Positions 9,969 to 19,500 of a stretch of DNA of 64,000 nucleotides are shown here, piece after piece. The position numbers and the translations under genes were made by a program. The DNA is from Anaerohalosphaeraceae bacterium (lineage in GTDB: Bacteria; Planctomycetota; Phycisphaerae; Sedimentisphaerales; Anaerohalosphaeraceae): assembly GCA_963675525.2 (NCBI GenBank), contig CAXXSL010000016.1:128001-192000 (forward strand). Reading direction: 5' to 3'. Below the pieces are notes generated by a model. That model saw only the letters and a program-made list of their open reading frames with translations. It had not been told where the DNA came from and did no database searches. How positions within the stretch are numbered: position 1 is the first letter of the stretch; each line of letters opens with the position of its first letter.

Positions 9969-10086
9969 CAAAATATTATGAACACCTCTCTCATTGTAAT
10001 ACCGTCAAACAGGCACTAGTAACTTTAACTATTTCTGTGATATTAATGCTGATAATCAAGTTTTATTAGGTGTCCTATTCCTTGAT

Positions 10087-10350
10087 TCATTGTGAGCCAT
10101 TTTTATGGGCCAAAGGCTTTATTCCTGTAGCAAGTTTCAGTCGAGCGATTGTCAAGTCTGCCAATTTGTCAGGACAGACTTCGCTTCTCATGTTCTCCAA
10201 TTGAGCCAATGCTTGTTTAATGCAGGAGTATACCTCTGCTGCTCTTGGATTAGAAGCAATTAAGACAGAACCACGATCAATCTGCTCCTGTTCTGCACAG
10301 TGGAAGAAATAATCAACTACGAGTCCGTTTTCCTCTTTGGTTAGATTCAT
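10087..10350 (-). CDS. Small hypothetical protein resembling an anti-sigma-factor N-terminal domain
   Basis: 87 aa with RBS (AGGTGA). The DY..., lost-zinc-finger-like spacing and CPDKLADLTIARL tail resemble anti-sigma N-domains. Assignment is inference. Confidence 0.55.
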   Translation of the reverse strand: MNLTKEENGLVVDYFFHCAEQEQIDRGSVLIASNPRAAEVYSCIKQALAQLENMRSEVCPDKLADLTIARLKLATGIKPLAHKNGSQ

Positions 10351-10559
10351 TTCACCTACCAGTCAAAGATAATTATGAACTCCACCTCAGAACTCCTAAT
10401 TATAATATACTAAAAATAGAGACTATTGTTTGAGGGGAAAAACACCTAATTTGTAGACAGAAAATGAGTTCAGCCTTGACAACATCGTGAGTGATGTTAT
10501 TATGAAGACGTCGAATCAGGATTTTAAGTAGGCATGGAGGCCATGAAGGGAGAGCTTAA

Positions 10560-10646
10560 ATGCCTGAACATATCATTGTAATTAATCTCGCTCTGATGTT
10601 GGTTATTATGCTTCTTGGAGCAAGTTACATCTCAAGGCATTTTTAA
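10560..10646 (+). CDS. Putative 28-aa hydrophobic peptide
   Basis: MPEHIIVINLALMLVIMLLGASYISRHF*; AGGGAG RBS; upstream TTGACA...TATTAT promoter-like pair near 10477-10504. Confidence 0.45.
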   Translation: MPEHIIVINLALMLVIMLLGASYISRHF

Positions 10647-10766
10647 CTCGGAAGCAGTAGCCAAAATCTTTATAAGGAAGACGATACAGGTCGCCTCTTA
10701 GGCGTTCTTTAGGTACACTTTAGACTCTGCCAAATAGAGTGATAGTTAAGTTTTCTCCCCTCCGGT

Positions 10767-10818
10767 AAAGGGGTCACGAACTGGGGAGATACACCTTTGG
10801 CGGCCCCTTTCTTTTTTT
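10767..10818 (+). terminator. Probable intrinsic terminator
   Basis: AAAGGGGTC...GGCCCCTTT followed by CTTTTTTT. Confidence 0.55.
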
Positions 10819-10975
10819 GGGAATTTTCTTGCATTTGAGTCTGGCGTTCGCCATAATATTATTAGCTTAAATACTGTCGCCTGTGGAGCTCAGATGGTAG
10901 GGGAGAAATAAATACTGCCCTTTGCAGGCGACATCTTTTTAGGAATGCATCCCTCTCCAAATCATCCTCCATTTC

Positions 10976-11360
10976 CTAGAAGCCATTTCAAAACTGCCTT
11001 AATGTAATTAGGATACATGCGACATGAAAGAACGCTTGATAAACAGTTATCTCCCGTTCCCAGCAGATGACCAATCGGCGGAAGTTTTGCAACCATGCAA
11101 ATATCCGCTCAACCGTCCATCGTCACCTGTAATGCCGTAATTTGCGACCATCCTGATATTTTTTTTCTTGTTATTCTTCCGGTATGGGTAGATCAAATTG
11201 ATGCCCCGCTTAGCCAATCGTACACGCAGCGGATCACAGTCGTATCCCTTACCAATCTGGCAGATCGTTCCATCGGACACCGCTTCGCAACACCCAGACA
11301 ATACCCTCGGAAACCTCTCGATTGCTTCGGGGCTTTCGGCAGGGGCGAATCATGAACGAA
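10976..11360 (-). pseudogene. IS5-family transposase remnant (internally deleted, frameshifted)
   Basis: Fragments REVSEGIVWVLRSGVRWNDLP, KGYDCDPLR, RRRWTVERIFAWLQNFRRL and YQAFFHVACILITLRQF* in different frames. Confidence 0.85.
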
Positions 11361-11446
11361 TCATAGCCGTTTATATTAAATCCACAGCTTGATGATGTGC
11401 CAAAAAAATAACCACTTGTAACGACTTTCATCACAAGTGGTTTCAA

Positions 11447-11517
11447 CTGGGGTACAGGGATTCGAACCCCAACTAACTGATCCAGAGTCAGTCGTGCTAC
11501 CGTTACACTATACCCCA
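11447..11517 (-). tRNA. tRNA-Gln(CTG)
   Basis: Cloverleaf; anticodon arm ACTGA-CT-CTG-GA-TCAGT; GGTTCGAATCC; CCA not encoded. Confidence 0.95.
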
Positions 11518-11654
11518 GTAATTAAGGGGCAGAATATATCAGCTTAGAGCATATCCGTCAAGACGGAATTTATGCAAAATTGACGATTGACGGGCGACAA
11601 TATTTGCATAAACTGCTGGAAAACGAAAACTTACACGCTTGTTACACCAATAAA

Positions 11655-12629
11655 ATGCTTAAAATTGGATCGATACAACTTGATATGCCGTTTATTCAGG
11701 CTCCGCTGGCCGGTTATACCGACCACCCCATGCGGATCCTGGCCAAGCGGTTCGGCTGCCCGCTGACCTTCACGGGGGTCATGCTGGACAGGATCGCCCT
11801 GCACGATAAAGCCCTGAAAAAGTTGAAATTTCAGCCCATGGATAACGAACATCCCGTCGGCGCCCAGGTACTCGGTGACGATCCGGAGGTCATGGCTCAG
11901 GCCGCCAAAAAATTCATCGAAGTCGGCTACGACCTGATCGACCTCAACTTCGCCTGCCCCGCCCCGAAGGTACTGCGCCGCAGACGGGGGGGGAGCCTCA
12001 TGCGAAAACCACAATTCATTCGCGAAACATTCCTGCGAACTCGCGAGTTGGTCGATACGCCGGTGTTTATGAAAATCCGCATCGGCTACGACAAAAGTGA
12101 GGCGTCAGAAGAAGATTTCTGGACGATTTGTGAAAACGCCACGAGCGATGGTGTTGACATGGTAGCCATTCACGGACGAACCGTCTGCCAGAAATACCGC
12201 GGCAAATCCGACTGGACCCGCATCGCAGAAGCCAAAAAACGATTTCCCAATCTGACCATCTTCGGCTCCGGCGATGTACTCAGCCCCGAAATCGCTGTCC
12301 ATCGCCTTCGTGATACCGGCATAGACGGCGTCATCGTCGCCCGCGGTGCTATCGGCAACCCATGGATCTTTCAGGAAATCCGGGCACTATGGAGCGGCAG
12401 CGAAACACCCCAACCACCGACGTTAACGGAGCAGGGCCGGCTCATGCTGGAACATTTTGAGATGATTCGCGCATTCCGAACGGAAAAAAAAGCCGTCCCT
12501 TACTTTAGAAAATTCGCCGCCGGCTACTGTAAACGACACCCCGAACGCAAAAAAACCTTACTCGCCCTCATGGCCTGCAAAACCGAACAAGCAGTCATCG
12601 AAACGATCAAACACGGTTACGGACTGTAA
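11655..12629 (+). CDS. dusB: tRNA-dihydrouridine synthase
   Basis: QAPLAGYTD, IDLNFACP, HGRT, GSGDV, RGAIGNPWIF. Confidence 0.88.
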   Translation: MLKIGSIQLDMPFIQAPLAGYTDHPMRILAKRFGCPLTFTGVMLDRIALHDKALKKLKFQPMDNEHPVGAQVLGDDPEVMAQAAKKFIEVGYDLIDLNFACPAPKVLRRRRGGSLMRKPQFIRETFLRTRELVDTPVFMKIRIGYDKSEASEEDFWTICENATSDGVDMVAIHGRTVCQKYRGKSDWTRIAEAKKRFPNLTIFGSGDVLSPEIAVHRLRDTGIDGVIVARGAIGNPWIFQEIRALWSGSETPQPPTLTEQGRLMLEHFEMIRAFRTEKKAVPYFRKFAAGYCKRHPERKKTLLALMACKTEQAVIETIKHGYGL

Positions 12630-12632
12630 CAA

Positions 12633-14651
12633 TCAGCCCAGTATCTGACTAACGATCTCATCGAAATTCGTTTTTTTCTTCTCCAGCGACTCACGAAGCA
12701 TCTTCATGGTCATGTTGGTCGCCAGCGTCCCGCAAACACTTTCAAAATCGCCCGCCTGGGCTTGTGGCCCCCCGTCGATGCCGTAGCCGATCTGTACACC
12801 CGCAGAAAACTCCGTGGCGGCGTCTTCGGTCTGCTGCAAAAGCAGTTTTTGCTCTGCCGCCAGTCCTTTGTCAAAAATCGCCTTAAAGTCTCCTTTGGAC
12901 CATTTCACCAATTCCTTGCCCTGTTGTTTTTCGAGCTTCTCTAAAACCCACGCCCATTCGTATTCAGCATAATTCGTATGCAGGGCCTCAAGACGAACCC
13001 CAACGTCATCAAGGCTACTCAATCGGCCGTCTCGCACATCCTCCAGCAATTCCCGCAGCGCATCCGCCGGCGCCAGAAGTCCGGCAATGTCCACCCAGCG
13101 GGAAAGCCCCAAATCCACCTTGCGCTCCAGATACTGCTTTAAGGACGAGAAGCGGTCCGTCAGGGTTTCGGTAGAAAAATGCTGCTGCTCACAATGATAG
13201 ACCGCCTGAATTCGACGGGCCAGCACATCGGCATAATACTTTTCGATCGCCAAGCGGTACAGTTCCACCGCACGCAGCGGTGCGGCAATATGGACGCCGC
13301 AATGCAGAACATGCTCGGCATCCGGACTTTTCTCGTGCAGGCGATTCAGGATATCCATCCCGGCAAGCATTTTTCCGACCGTATAAGGACTCAACACCTT
13401 CGGGTTGACATAATCGAGAAGCCGTGCGGCCTTACGCAAATCACGGGCAGGCCACTTCTTTTCATCACGCACCAGACCAATGTTGATCAGGTTCAGCCCG
13501 ACGAATAGTTCCGACTTGCCGTGCCGTTCGAGCAGATAAGAAAACGGCAGATCCGACAAATCCATCTTTTTACTGTGTTTGCCGATGACCGTCGAATAGG
13601 CCCCGATCCGTGCGGGCCATAACAGGTACGATTCCGATCCGGTCTTGCAGCCGCGTTCGAGGATGCCCTGATGCACCGGCCCGAGTTTGTACATGTGATT
13701 GGACTGGTTGGTGCCACTGCCGGCATTATAGAAACTGTACAGCCCCGCAATCAGAAGCGTCGCTTTATGATGGCTCACGGTAAACGGGCCGGCAAAGATC
13801 GAACACGCCTCGCCCTGCTCGCAATGGCTGTTGGCAAAGAACACCGAATCCACAGCCGAAAAGCCTTTCTCCAGCCGAACCCCCTGTCCCGCATAGCAGC
13901 GTGTCAGCATCGCGCCGTCGGCCACCTTCGACCCTTCGGCAAAAATAAAATCCCGAGCGATCACATTGTCCCCAACATATGCCGGGTCTTCGGCACAACT
14001 GGAAACGGTTCCGTTCTCGAGCCGACAGACACCGTCAAGAATTGCCCCCGGTCCGATCTTGACATTTTTCAAAACACCGCAGTGCTCAATGGCCGCACCG
14101 GAACCAATGGTTCCTTTGTCCGATTCGTTTTGGCGAACCCGTTCAAAGATCAGTTCCTGCAGTTTCTTCAAAACCTCCGGTTGATCCCGATACATCGCCA
14201 GCAAATACGCAACTTGCGCACTCAAACCTTCATAGATCGTAAACGCCCGGCCCCCGTTCTCATTGACAGCCGAAGCCCCCACCCCGTTACCGAATGTGGA
14301 TATGCCCTGCGTTGTGATCGACTTGACATCGTTAATGACCACATGATCCTCGATCACCATATTGGCGATCATATCGGAAACATTGCGGATCAGTGAATTA
14401 TATCCGATCTGACAGTTGTGAACCGTCGCGTGATAGAGTCCGCAGGGCATGCCGATCCCTCCGCCAAGCTGAGCAATCCCACTAAGCAGTCCTAACGAGA
14501 CCTGGCCGGAGAAATGCGTTTTCACGATCCTGTCCGGACTGAACGGGTCAGTCACCAGGATCTGCCCCCAGTCCGCCGCACTGCAGCCGTTTTGAACAAG
14601 ACGATCAATTTCCTGCTGTGTTAAAGGACGGCGACCTTTGTTTTCGCTCAT
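12633..14651 (-). CDS. DUF4954 family protein (left-handed beta-helix-like repeats)
   Basis: RPLTQQEIDRLVQNGCSAADW, NENGGR, FAGPFTVSHHKATLLIAG, GSGTNQSNHMYKLGPVHQG. Confidence 0.8.
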   Translation of the reverse strand: MSENKGRRPLTQQEIDRLVQNGCSAADWGQILVTDPFSPDRIVKTHFSGQVSLGLLSGIAQLGGGIGMPCGLYHATVHNCQIGYNSLIRNVSDMIANMVIEDHVVINDVKSITTQGISTFGNGVGASAVNENGGRAFTIYEGLSAQVAYLLAMYRDQPEVLKKLQELIFERVRQNESDKGTIGSGAAIEHCGVLKNVKIGPGAILDGVCRLENGTVSSCAEDPAYVGDNVIARDFIFAEGSKVADGAMLTRCYAGQGVRLEKGFSAVDSVFFANSHCEQGEACSIFAGPFTVSHHKATLLIAGLYSFYNAGSGTNQSNHMYKLGPVHQGILERGCKTGSESYLLWPARIGAYSTVIGKHSKKMDLSDLPFSYLLERHGKSELFVGLNLINIGLVRDEKKWPARDLRKAARLLDYVNPKVLSPYTVGKMLAGMDILNRLHEKSPDAEHVLHCGVHIAAPLRAVELYRLAIEKYYADVLARRIQAVYHCEQQHFSTETLTDRFSSLKQYLERKVDLGLSRWVDIAGLLAPADALRELLEDVRDGRLSSLDDVGVRLEALHTNYAEYEWAWVLEKLEKQQGKELVKWSKGDFKAIFDKGLAAEQKLLLQQTEDAATEFSAGVQIGYGIDGGPQAQAGDFESVCGTLATNMTMKMLRESLEKKKTNFDEIVSQILG

Positions 14652-14692
14652 AATGACCCTTCCGTGACGAATTTGCGATACCATTGTCCGGC

Positions 14693-14820
14693 ATTGTACC
14701 GTCTCAGCCCGGCTTTGACAACCGAAATTCTCGTTCTTGTCAGACACTAATCGCTTTGGTTCTTTCGTTTTTGCGTCTGCGAATTTATTCGTTGACAGGC
14801 CTTGCAAAACATCCTATAAA
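14693..14820. promoter_or_regulatory. Divergent sigma70 promoters
   Basis: Plus strand TTGACA(14792)-N17-TATAAA. Minus strand TTGTCA-N17-TACAAT (14693-14721). Confidence 0.6.
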
Positions 14821-14863
14821 TATAGTTGCTCGAAGCTTTTAAGTATTTTCAAGGAGAGTCTAT

Positions 14864-17062
14864 ATGGATAATGTTTCAATTCTACCGGAAGAAAGCATTG
14901 GGTATCATTTCATTGGCGACGAATACCTTCCCGAAGGACAGGATGAATACAGCCTGCGCAATGGCCAGTTGGACCGGCCTGCGGATACCTGGCGACACCT
15001 ACGTGCTCACGAGGTAGAACTTCTCGTGAAAAACGGCAATACCTCGGACAATTGGGATCATATTCTGATTACCGATCCTTTTGATCCCGGACAAATCCTG
15101 AATACCGAATTCTTCGGTTTCGTGCGTATCGGACGCGTTCAAAATGTTGTGCTGGAGCATCACGATCTTCAGTTGCCGGCGGGCATCACCAACAGCCGGA
15201 TCGTTGCCTGTGACATCGGCGATGATGCCGCCATTCACAACGTTCGGTATATGGCTCACTATATAATCGGCGATCGGTGTATCCTGGCGGATATCGACGA
15301 GATGCATACGACCAACCACGCCAAATTCGGCAACGGCATACTTAAAGACGGCGAGGATGAAAAAATCCGTGTCTGGCTTGATGTGATGAATGAAACCGGC
15401 AGCCGGAAAGTCATCCCCTTTGACGGGATGATTCCGGCAGATGCCTATCTCTGGGCGAAATATCGCGATGATACGGCGCTGCAAAAAAAATTAAAAGAAA
15501 TCACACAAAACGGCTTTGACCGTCGTCGCGGTTTCTACGGGATGGTTGGTGACCAAAGTGTGATTAAAAGCTGCCGGATTATCAAAGATGTTAAAATCGG
15601 CTCCCACTGCTACATTAAAGGCGCCAATAAACTGAAAAATCTGACCATCAACTCGGACGAAGAAGAGCCGACTCAGGTCGGCGAAGGCGTTGAACTCGTC
15701 AACGGAATCATCGGCTACGGCTGTCACATTTTTTACGGGTGCAAGGCGGTGAGGTTTATCCTGGCCGATCATTCAAACCTCAAATACGGCGCCCGACTGA
15801 TCAACTCGTTTCTGGGTGAAAACTCAACGATATCCTGTTGTGAAGTGCTCAATAATCTGATTTTTCCGGCGCATGAACAGCACCACAATAATTCATTTTT
15901 GATCGCCTCGGTCGTCATGGGGCAAAGTAACATGGCGGCGGGCGTAACAGTCGGCTCCAATCACAACAGCCGGGCAAACGATAATGAGATTCAGGCGGGC
16001 AGAGGATTTTGGCCGGGCTTGTGTACCAGCGTCAAGCATTCCTGTCGCTTTGCCTCGTTTGTGTTACTGGCGAAGGCGGATTATCCCGCGGAGCTTAATA
16101 TCCCCCTGCCGTTTTCACTTTTGAGCAATAATGTTTCTAACGATGAACTGGAAGTGCGGCCGGCATTCTGGTGGCTTTACAATATGTATGCGCTGGCGCG
16201 GAATACATGGAAATTTCAAAACCGCGACAAACGCAGGAAAAAGATTCAAAAGATTGAATTTGATTCTCTGGCCCCCGATACCGCCGAGGAGCTGCTGGAG
16301 GCACGGCGGTTGCTGGAGATATGGACCGGCAAGGCCGGCCTTCGAAAGAACGGTGAATCCTGCCAGGGCCGGTCCGAAGATGAATTGGCTGCTGTGGGTC
16401 GTGACCTTTTCTCGAATGAGGAAAACTTCAATGGGCTTGAGGTTCTCGGCGAAAAGATGGAAAAGTCAAGTCGCAAGGTTGTGATATTGAAACCTTACGA
16501 AGGCTATCGGGCCTATGGTGAGATGCTGTATTATTATGCGGTCAAAAATCTCATGACTTATATGCAATCAAACAGCGATTCCTTTTCGGGCATGTGCGAG
16601 GCACTGAAGGACTCCTGCAGTCGCCAATGGGCTAATCTGGGAGGCCAGCTTATGCCGTCCGTCGATGTTGAACAACTGCGAAAGGATATCGGCGAAGGAA
16701 AACTCAAAACATGGGATGCGATTCATGGCCGGTATGCAGAACTGTGGGATATCTATCCGCTCGAAAAACAAAAACACGCTTACCGAATGCTTTGTCTCCT
16801 GCTCGGAACGGATGAACTGACGGCATCGCAATGGCATACAGCGCTGGACAAAACGGTCGTGATCCAGGAATATATTCGTGACCAGGTTTATGCCAGCCGG
16901 AAAAAGGATTATGACAATCCCTTCCGTCAGGCCACGTATCGAAACCTGGAAGAAATGACCGCGGCGATCGGAACTATTGAGGATAACAGTTTTGTAAAGC
17001 TTGTGCGCGAGGAGACGGAAACGTTTAAGCGCACGGTTGAGGAAATTAAAAAGAGAGGCTGA
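14864..17062 (+). CDS. DUF4954 family protein (second subtype)
   Basis: WRHLRAHEVELLVKNGNTSDNW, NETGSR, HEQHHNNSFLIA, GSNHNSR. Confidence 0.8.
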   Translation: MDNVSILPEESIGYHFIGDEYLPEGQDEYSLRNGQLDRPADTWRHLRAHEVELLVKNGNTSDNWDHILITDPFDPGQILNTEFFGFVRIGRVQNVVLEHHDLQLPAGITNSRIVACDIGDDAAIHNVRYMAHYIIGDRCILADIDEMHTTNHAKFGNGILKDGEDEKIRVWLDVMNETGSRKVIPFDGMIPADAYLWAKYRDDTALQKKLKEITQNGFDRRRGFYGMVGDQSVIKSCRIIKDVKIGSHCYIKGANKLKNLTINSDEEEPTQVGEGVELVNGIIGYGCHIFYGCKAVRFILADHSNLKYGARLINSFLGENSTISCCEVLNNLIFPAHEQHHNNSFLIASVVMGQSNMAAGVTVGSNHNSRANDNEIQAGRGFWPGLCTSVKHSCRFASFVLLAKADYPAELNIPLPFSLLSNNVSNDELEVRPAFWWLYNMYALARNTWKFQNRDKRRKKIQKIEFDSLAPDTAEELLEARRLLEIWTGKAGLRKNGESCQGRSEDELAAVGRDLFSNEENFNGLEVLGEKMEKSSRKVVILKPYEGYRAYGEMLYYYAVKNLMTYMQSNSDSFSGMCEALKDSCSRQWANLGGQLMPSVDVEQLRKDIGEGKLKTWDAIHGRYAELWDIYPLEKQKHAYRMLCLLLGTDELTASQWHTALDKTVVIQEYIRDQVYASRKKDYDNPFRQATYRNLEEMTAAIGTIEDNSFVKLVREETETFKRTVEEIKKRG

Positions 17063-17106
17063 ATTTTGAACCCAATAACACCAACACATTAGAAAGGGGA
17101 AAACAA

Positions 17107-18123
17107 ATGAATTTAAGTGACGGAAAATATTCTAAATACGCCCTGGTTCGGGAAATGATGGACACCATCAATGTCGTAAGGAACTTTGATCCAACCCAGA
17201 CAAAAACAATCGCCCCGAAGATTCAGTCGGTCGGTCGGCTCCTGCTGACGGGGGAAGGGTCGAGCCGAATTATTCCGGCCAAAAATGCCATGCGTAAGGC
17301 CCTGCAATGGGGGCTGGACCTTCAAATTTGCACGGACGGATCCCGTCAGTCTGCAGAATATGACCTTTCGAAATTTGCTGTTTTCTGCGCGTCCAATTCC
17401 GGCCGTACCAAAGAGGTTGTGCTGCTTGCAAAGAAACTGGCGGCCGAAGGCAATGACAATCGCTACGCTTTAACCGCAAATGAAAAAACACTGCTGGAAG
17501 AGGCATGCAGTGAGGCATTTGTTCTGACCTGCGGTTGGGAACAGGCGGTCGCGGCAACCAAGAGTGTGATTGAACAGGCACTATTTTATGAATCAATTCT
17601 CTGGAATATTCTCGGGCAGGATAACGCCGCGGCCTGCAAGGTATTGGCAAGCCACATTGAAACGGCACTGACGATGCCCATTGATAAAGCCATTGTTGAC
17701 GCAGCGGTCAAGGCTCCCACGATTTACTTTGCCGGTTATAATGACGGCGTGGCGGAAGAATTAACCCTTAAAACCAACGAAATCACCCGGAATAAATCCG
17801 ATTTCCTGGAAGGAACCTATGCGGTCCACGGCATCGAAGAGGTCATGGATCCCAGGGACATCGTTTTTGTTGTCGATCCAATCGATGCCGAAATCGAGAA
17901 GTTTCAGGAAGTGCTCGAAAAAGGAGTCGGTCTCAAAGTCGTTGCTATCGCCAATCGCCCAACACCGTTTACCACGATCCAGGTTCCGGATGCGGGCCCG
18001 CTGAGTCCATATGTCTATTTGAGTGCGGGATGGAATCTGCTGGTTGAAATCGGCATGGCTCTTGGCATCGATCTGGATAAACCCGAACGTGCCCGCAAGG
18101 TGGGTAACGAATTCATGGGATAG
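17107..18123 (+). CDS. SIS-domain sugar-phosphate isomerase (GlmS C-terminal-like, no glutaminase domain)
   Basis: GEGSS, SNSGRTKE, EQAVAATKS, ELTLKTNEI, DLDKPERARKV. Confidence 0.8.
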   Translation: MNLSDGKYSKYALVREMMDTINVVRNFDPTQTKTIAPKIQSVGRLLLTGEGSSRIIPAKNAMRKALQWGLDLQICTDGSRQSAEYDLSKFAVFCASNSGRTKEVVLLAKKLAAEGNDNRYALTANEKTLLEEACSEAFVLTCGWEQAVAATKSVIEQALFYESILWNILGQDNAAACKVLASHIETALTMPIDKAIVDAAVKAPTIYFAGYNDGVAEELTLKTNEITRNKSDFLEGTYAVHGIEEVMDPRDIVFVVDPIDAEIEKFQEVLEKGVGLKVVAIANRPTPFTTIQVPDAGPLSPYVYLSAGWNLLVEIGMALGIDLDKPERARKVGNEFMG

Positions 18124-18137
18124 TCAGACTTCAGTCT

Positions 18138-19211
18138 TTACGACGCGGCGGATTCTTTTGTTTTCGTGTGACTACTGTGAATGATGCCGTAGCCCAGCAC
18201 GACCAGCAGGATGACGGCGCAGGTACTCTTGAACCACTCCGGCAGCATAAAACCGTGAGCATGATGAACCGACGACAAATTGCCCCTGAAGATGGCGTCA
18301 AGGATAATGCCGCAAACCAGAGAACTGACCACCACCGTCAGCAGAAAGATCAGCGCCGAACGTTTTCCGACCTGCGAAGCCAAAGTGACGAGCGTTGCGG
18401 CATTCGTCGCCGGACCGGTCATCAAAAACACCATCGCCGCACCGGGATTGAGTCCCTTAGCAATTAAAGCAACCGCGATCGGCACCGATGCCGTCGCACA
18501 CACATACACAGGGACCCCCAGCACCATCATCACCAGCATCGCGATGATCCCCCCCCCGCTGACGGCCAGGGTCTCCGCGAAAAAGTCTTCCGGCACCAGT
18601 GCCGAGATCAATGCCGCGATCACCAACCCCACAAACATCGCCCGGCCGATGTCGGCGGGCAAAGTAATAAAGCCGTGTTTAGCCGCACGGACAAATCGGC
18701 TTTCTTTCTTGCCGTGCGAGCAGCAGGAATCCGTACAGGCCTCTTTCTTTTCCTGCGGCGTATGCACATCATGTTTCTCAACAATATTAACAACACCGCC
18801 CCCGATCAGCCCGGTAATGAATGCCGCAACAGGACGAAAGACAGCAAATATCGGCCCCATCAGCGCATACGTAACAAAAATGCTGTCCACCCCCGTCTGC
18901 GGTGTGGATAACAGAAATGAAATTGTCGCGCCCTTGCTCGCACCATGCTTATGCAGAGACATAGATACCGGAATCACCCCGCACGAACACAGCGGCAGCG
19001 GCACCCCGAACAGCGACGCCTTAAATACCGGCCAGAATCCCCGCCCGCCCAGGTGCCGCTCGACAAGTTCAGTATTGATAAAAACGCTCAACACCCCCGC
19101 CACGGCGAACCCGAACAGCAGATACGGCGCCATATCCCCCAGCACCGACCAGAAATCCAAACAGATTGTCCTGACAAATTCGACCATAACAACCGCCTCA
19201 AAAACAAGCAT
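18138..19211 (-). CDS. Permease, SO_0444/ArsP-like metal transporter family
   Basis: GVPLPLCSCGVIP, FLLSTPQTGVDS, PVYVCATASVP. Confidence 0.85.
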   Translation of the reverse strand: MLVFEAVVMVEFVRTICLDFWSVLGDMAPYLLFGFAVAGVLSVFINTELVERHLGGRGFWPVFKASLFGVPLPLCSCGVIPVSMSLHKHGASKGATISFLLSTPQTGVDSIFVTYALMGPIFAVFRPVAAFITGLIGGGVVNIVEKHDVHTPQEKKEACTDSCCSHGKKESRFVRAAKHGFITLPADIGRAMFVGLVIAALISALVPEDFFAETLAVSGGGIIAMLVMMVLGVPVYVCATASVPIAVALIAKGLNPGAAMVFLMTGPATNAATLVTLASQVGKRSALIFLLTVVVSSLVCGIILDAIFRGNLSSVHHAHGFMLPEWFKSTCAVILLVVLGYGIIHSSHTKTKESAAS

Positions 19212-19500
19212 ACTCCTAATTCCTTACGATATCCAGCAAAGATTGTTCCCAATCCCCCATTCAGAACTGCAAACTTCAGCACAAGCCAGTAGGGTGGGAC
19301 ATGCCCACCAAAAAGCTGGTAACTGGCTTGGAAATCGGCTCCTGACGCTTTTTATTCTCTCGTCAATTATTAATGAGCAAAGAAAAATTGGAAAGCTTGA
19401 GTTTTTGGCGTCGTTTTGATATCTTGAGGAAGATATATTCAGCGACATAGACTGTCGTAGAGATTAAAAAACAAACGCGATTAACTGGAGTAGAACTACA

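Larger units (their letters stand above)
9559..11466. mobile_element. Degenerate genomic islet integrated at tRNA-Gln
   Basis: Bounded by the tRNA 3' direct repeat, visibly AT-rich, contains an IS remnant, no integrase. Confidence 0.7.

Noticed and set aside
18280..19419. 379-aa plus-strand ORF
   Set aside because: Antisense shadow of the permease. The same applies to other long antisense ORFs such as 3740-4708.
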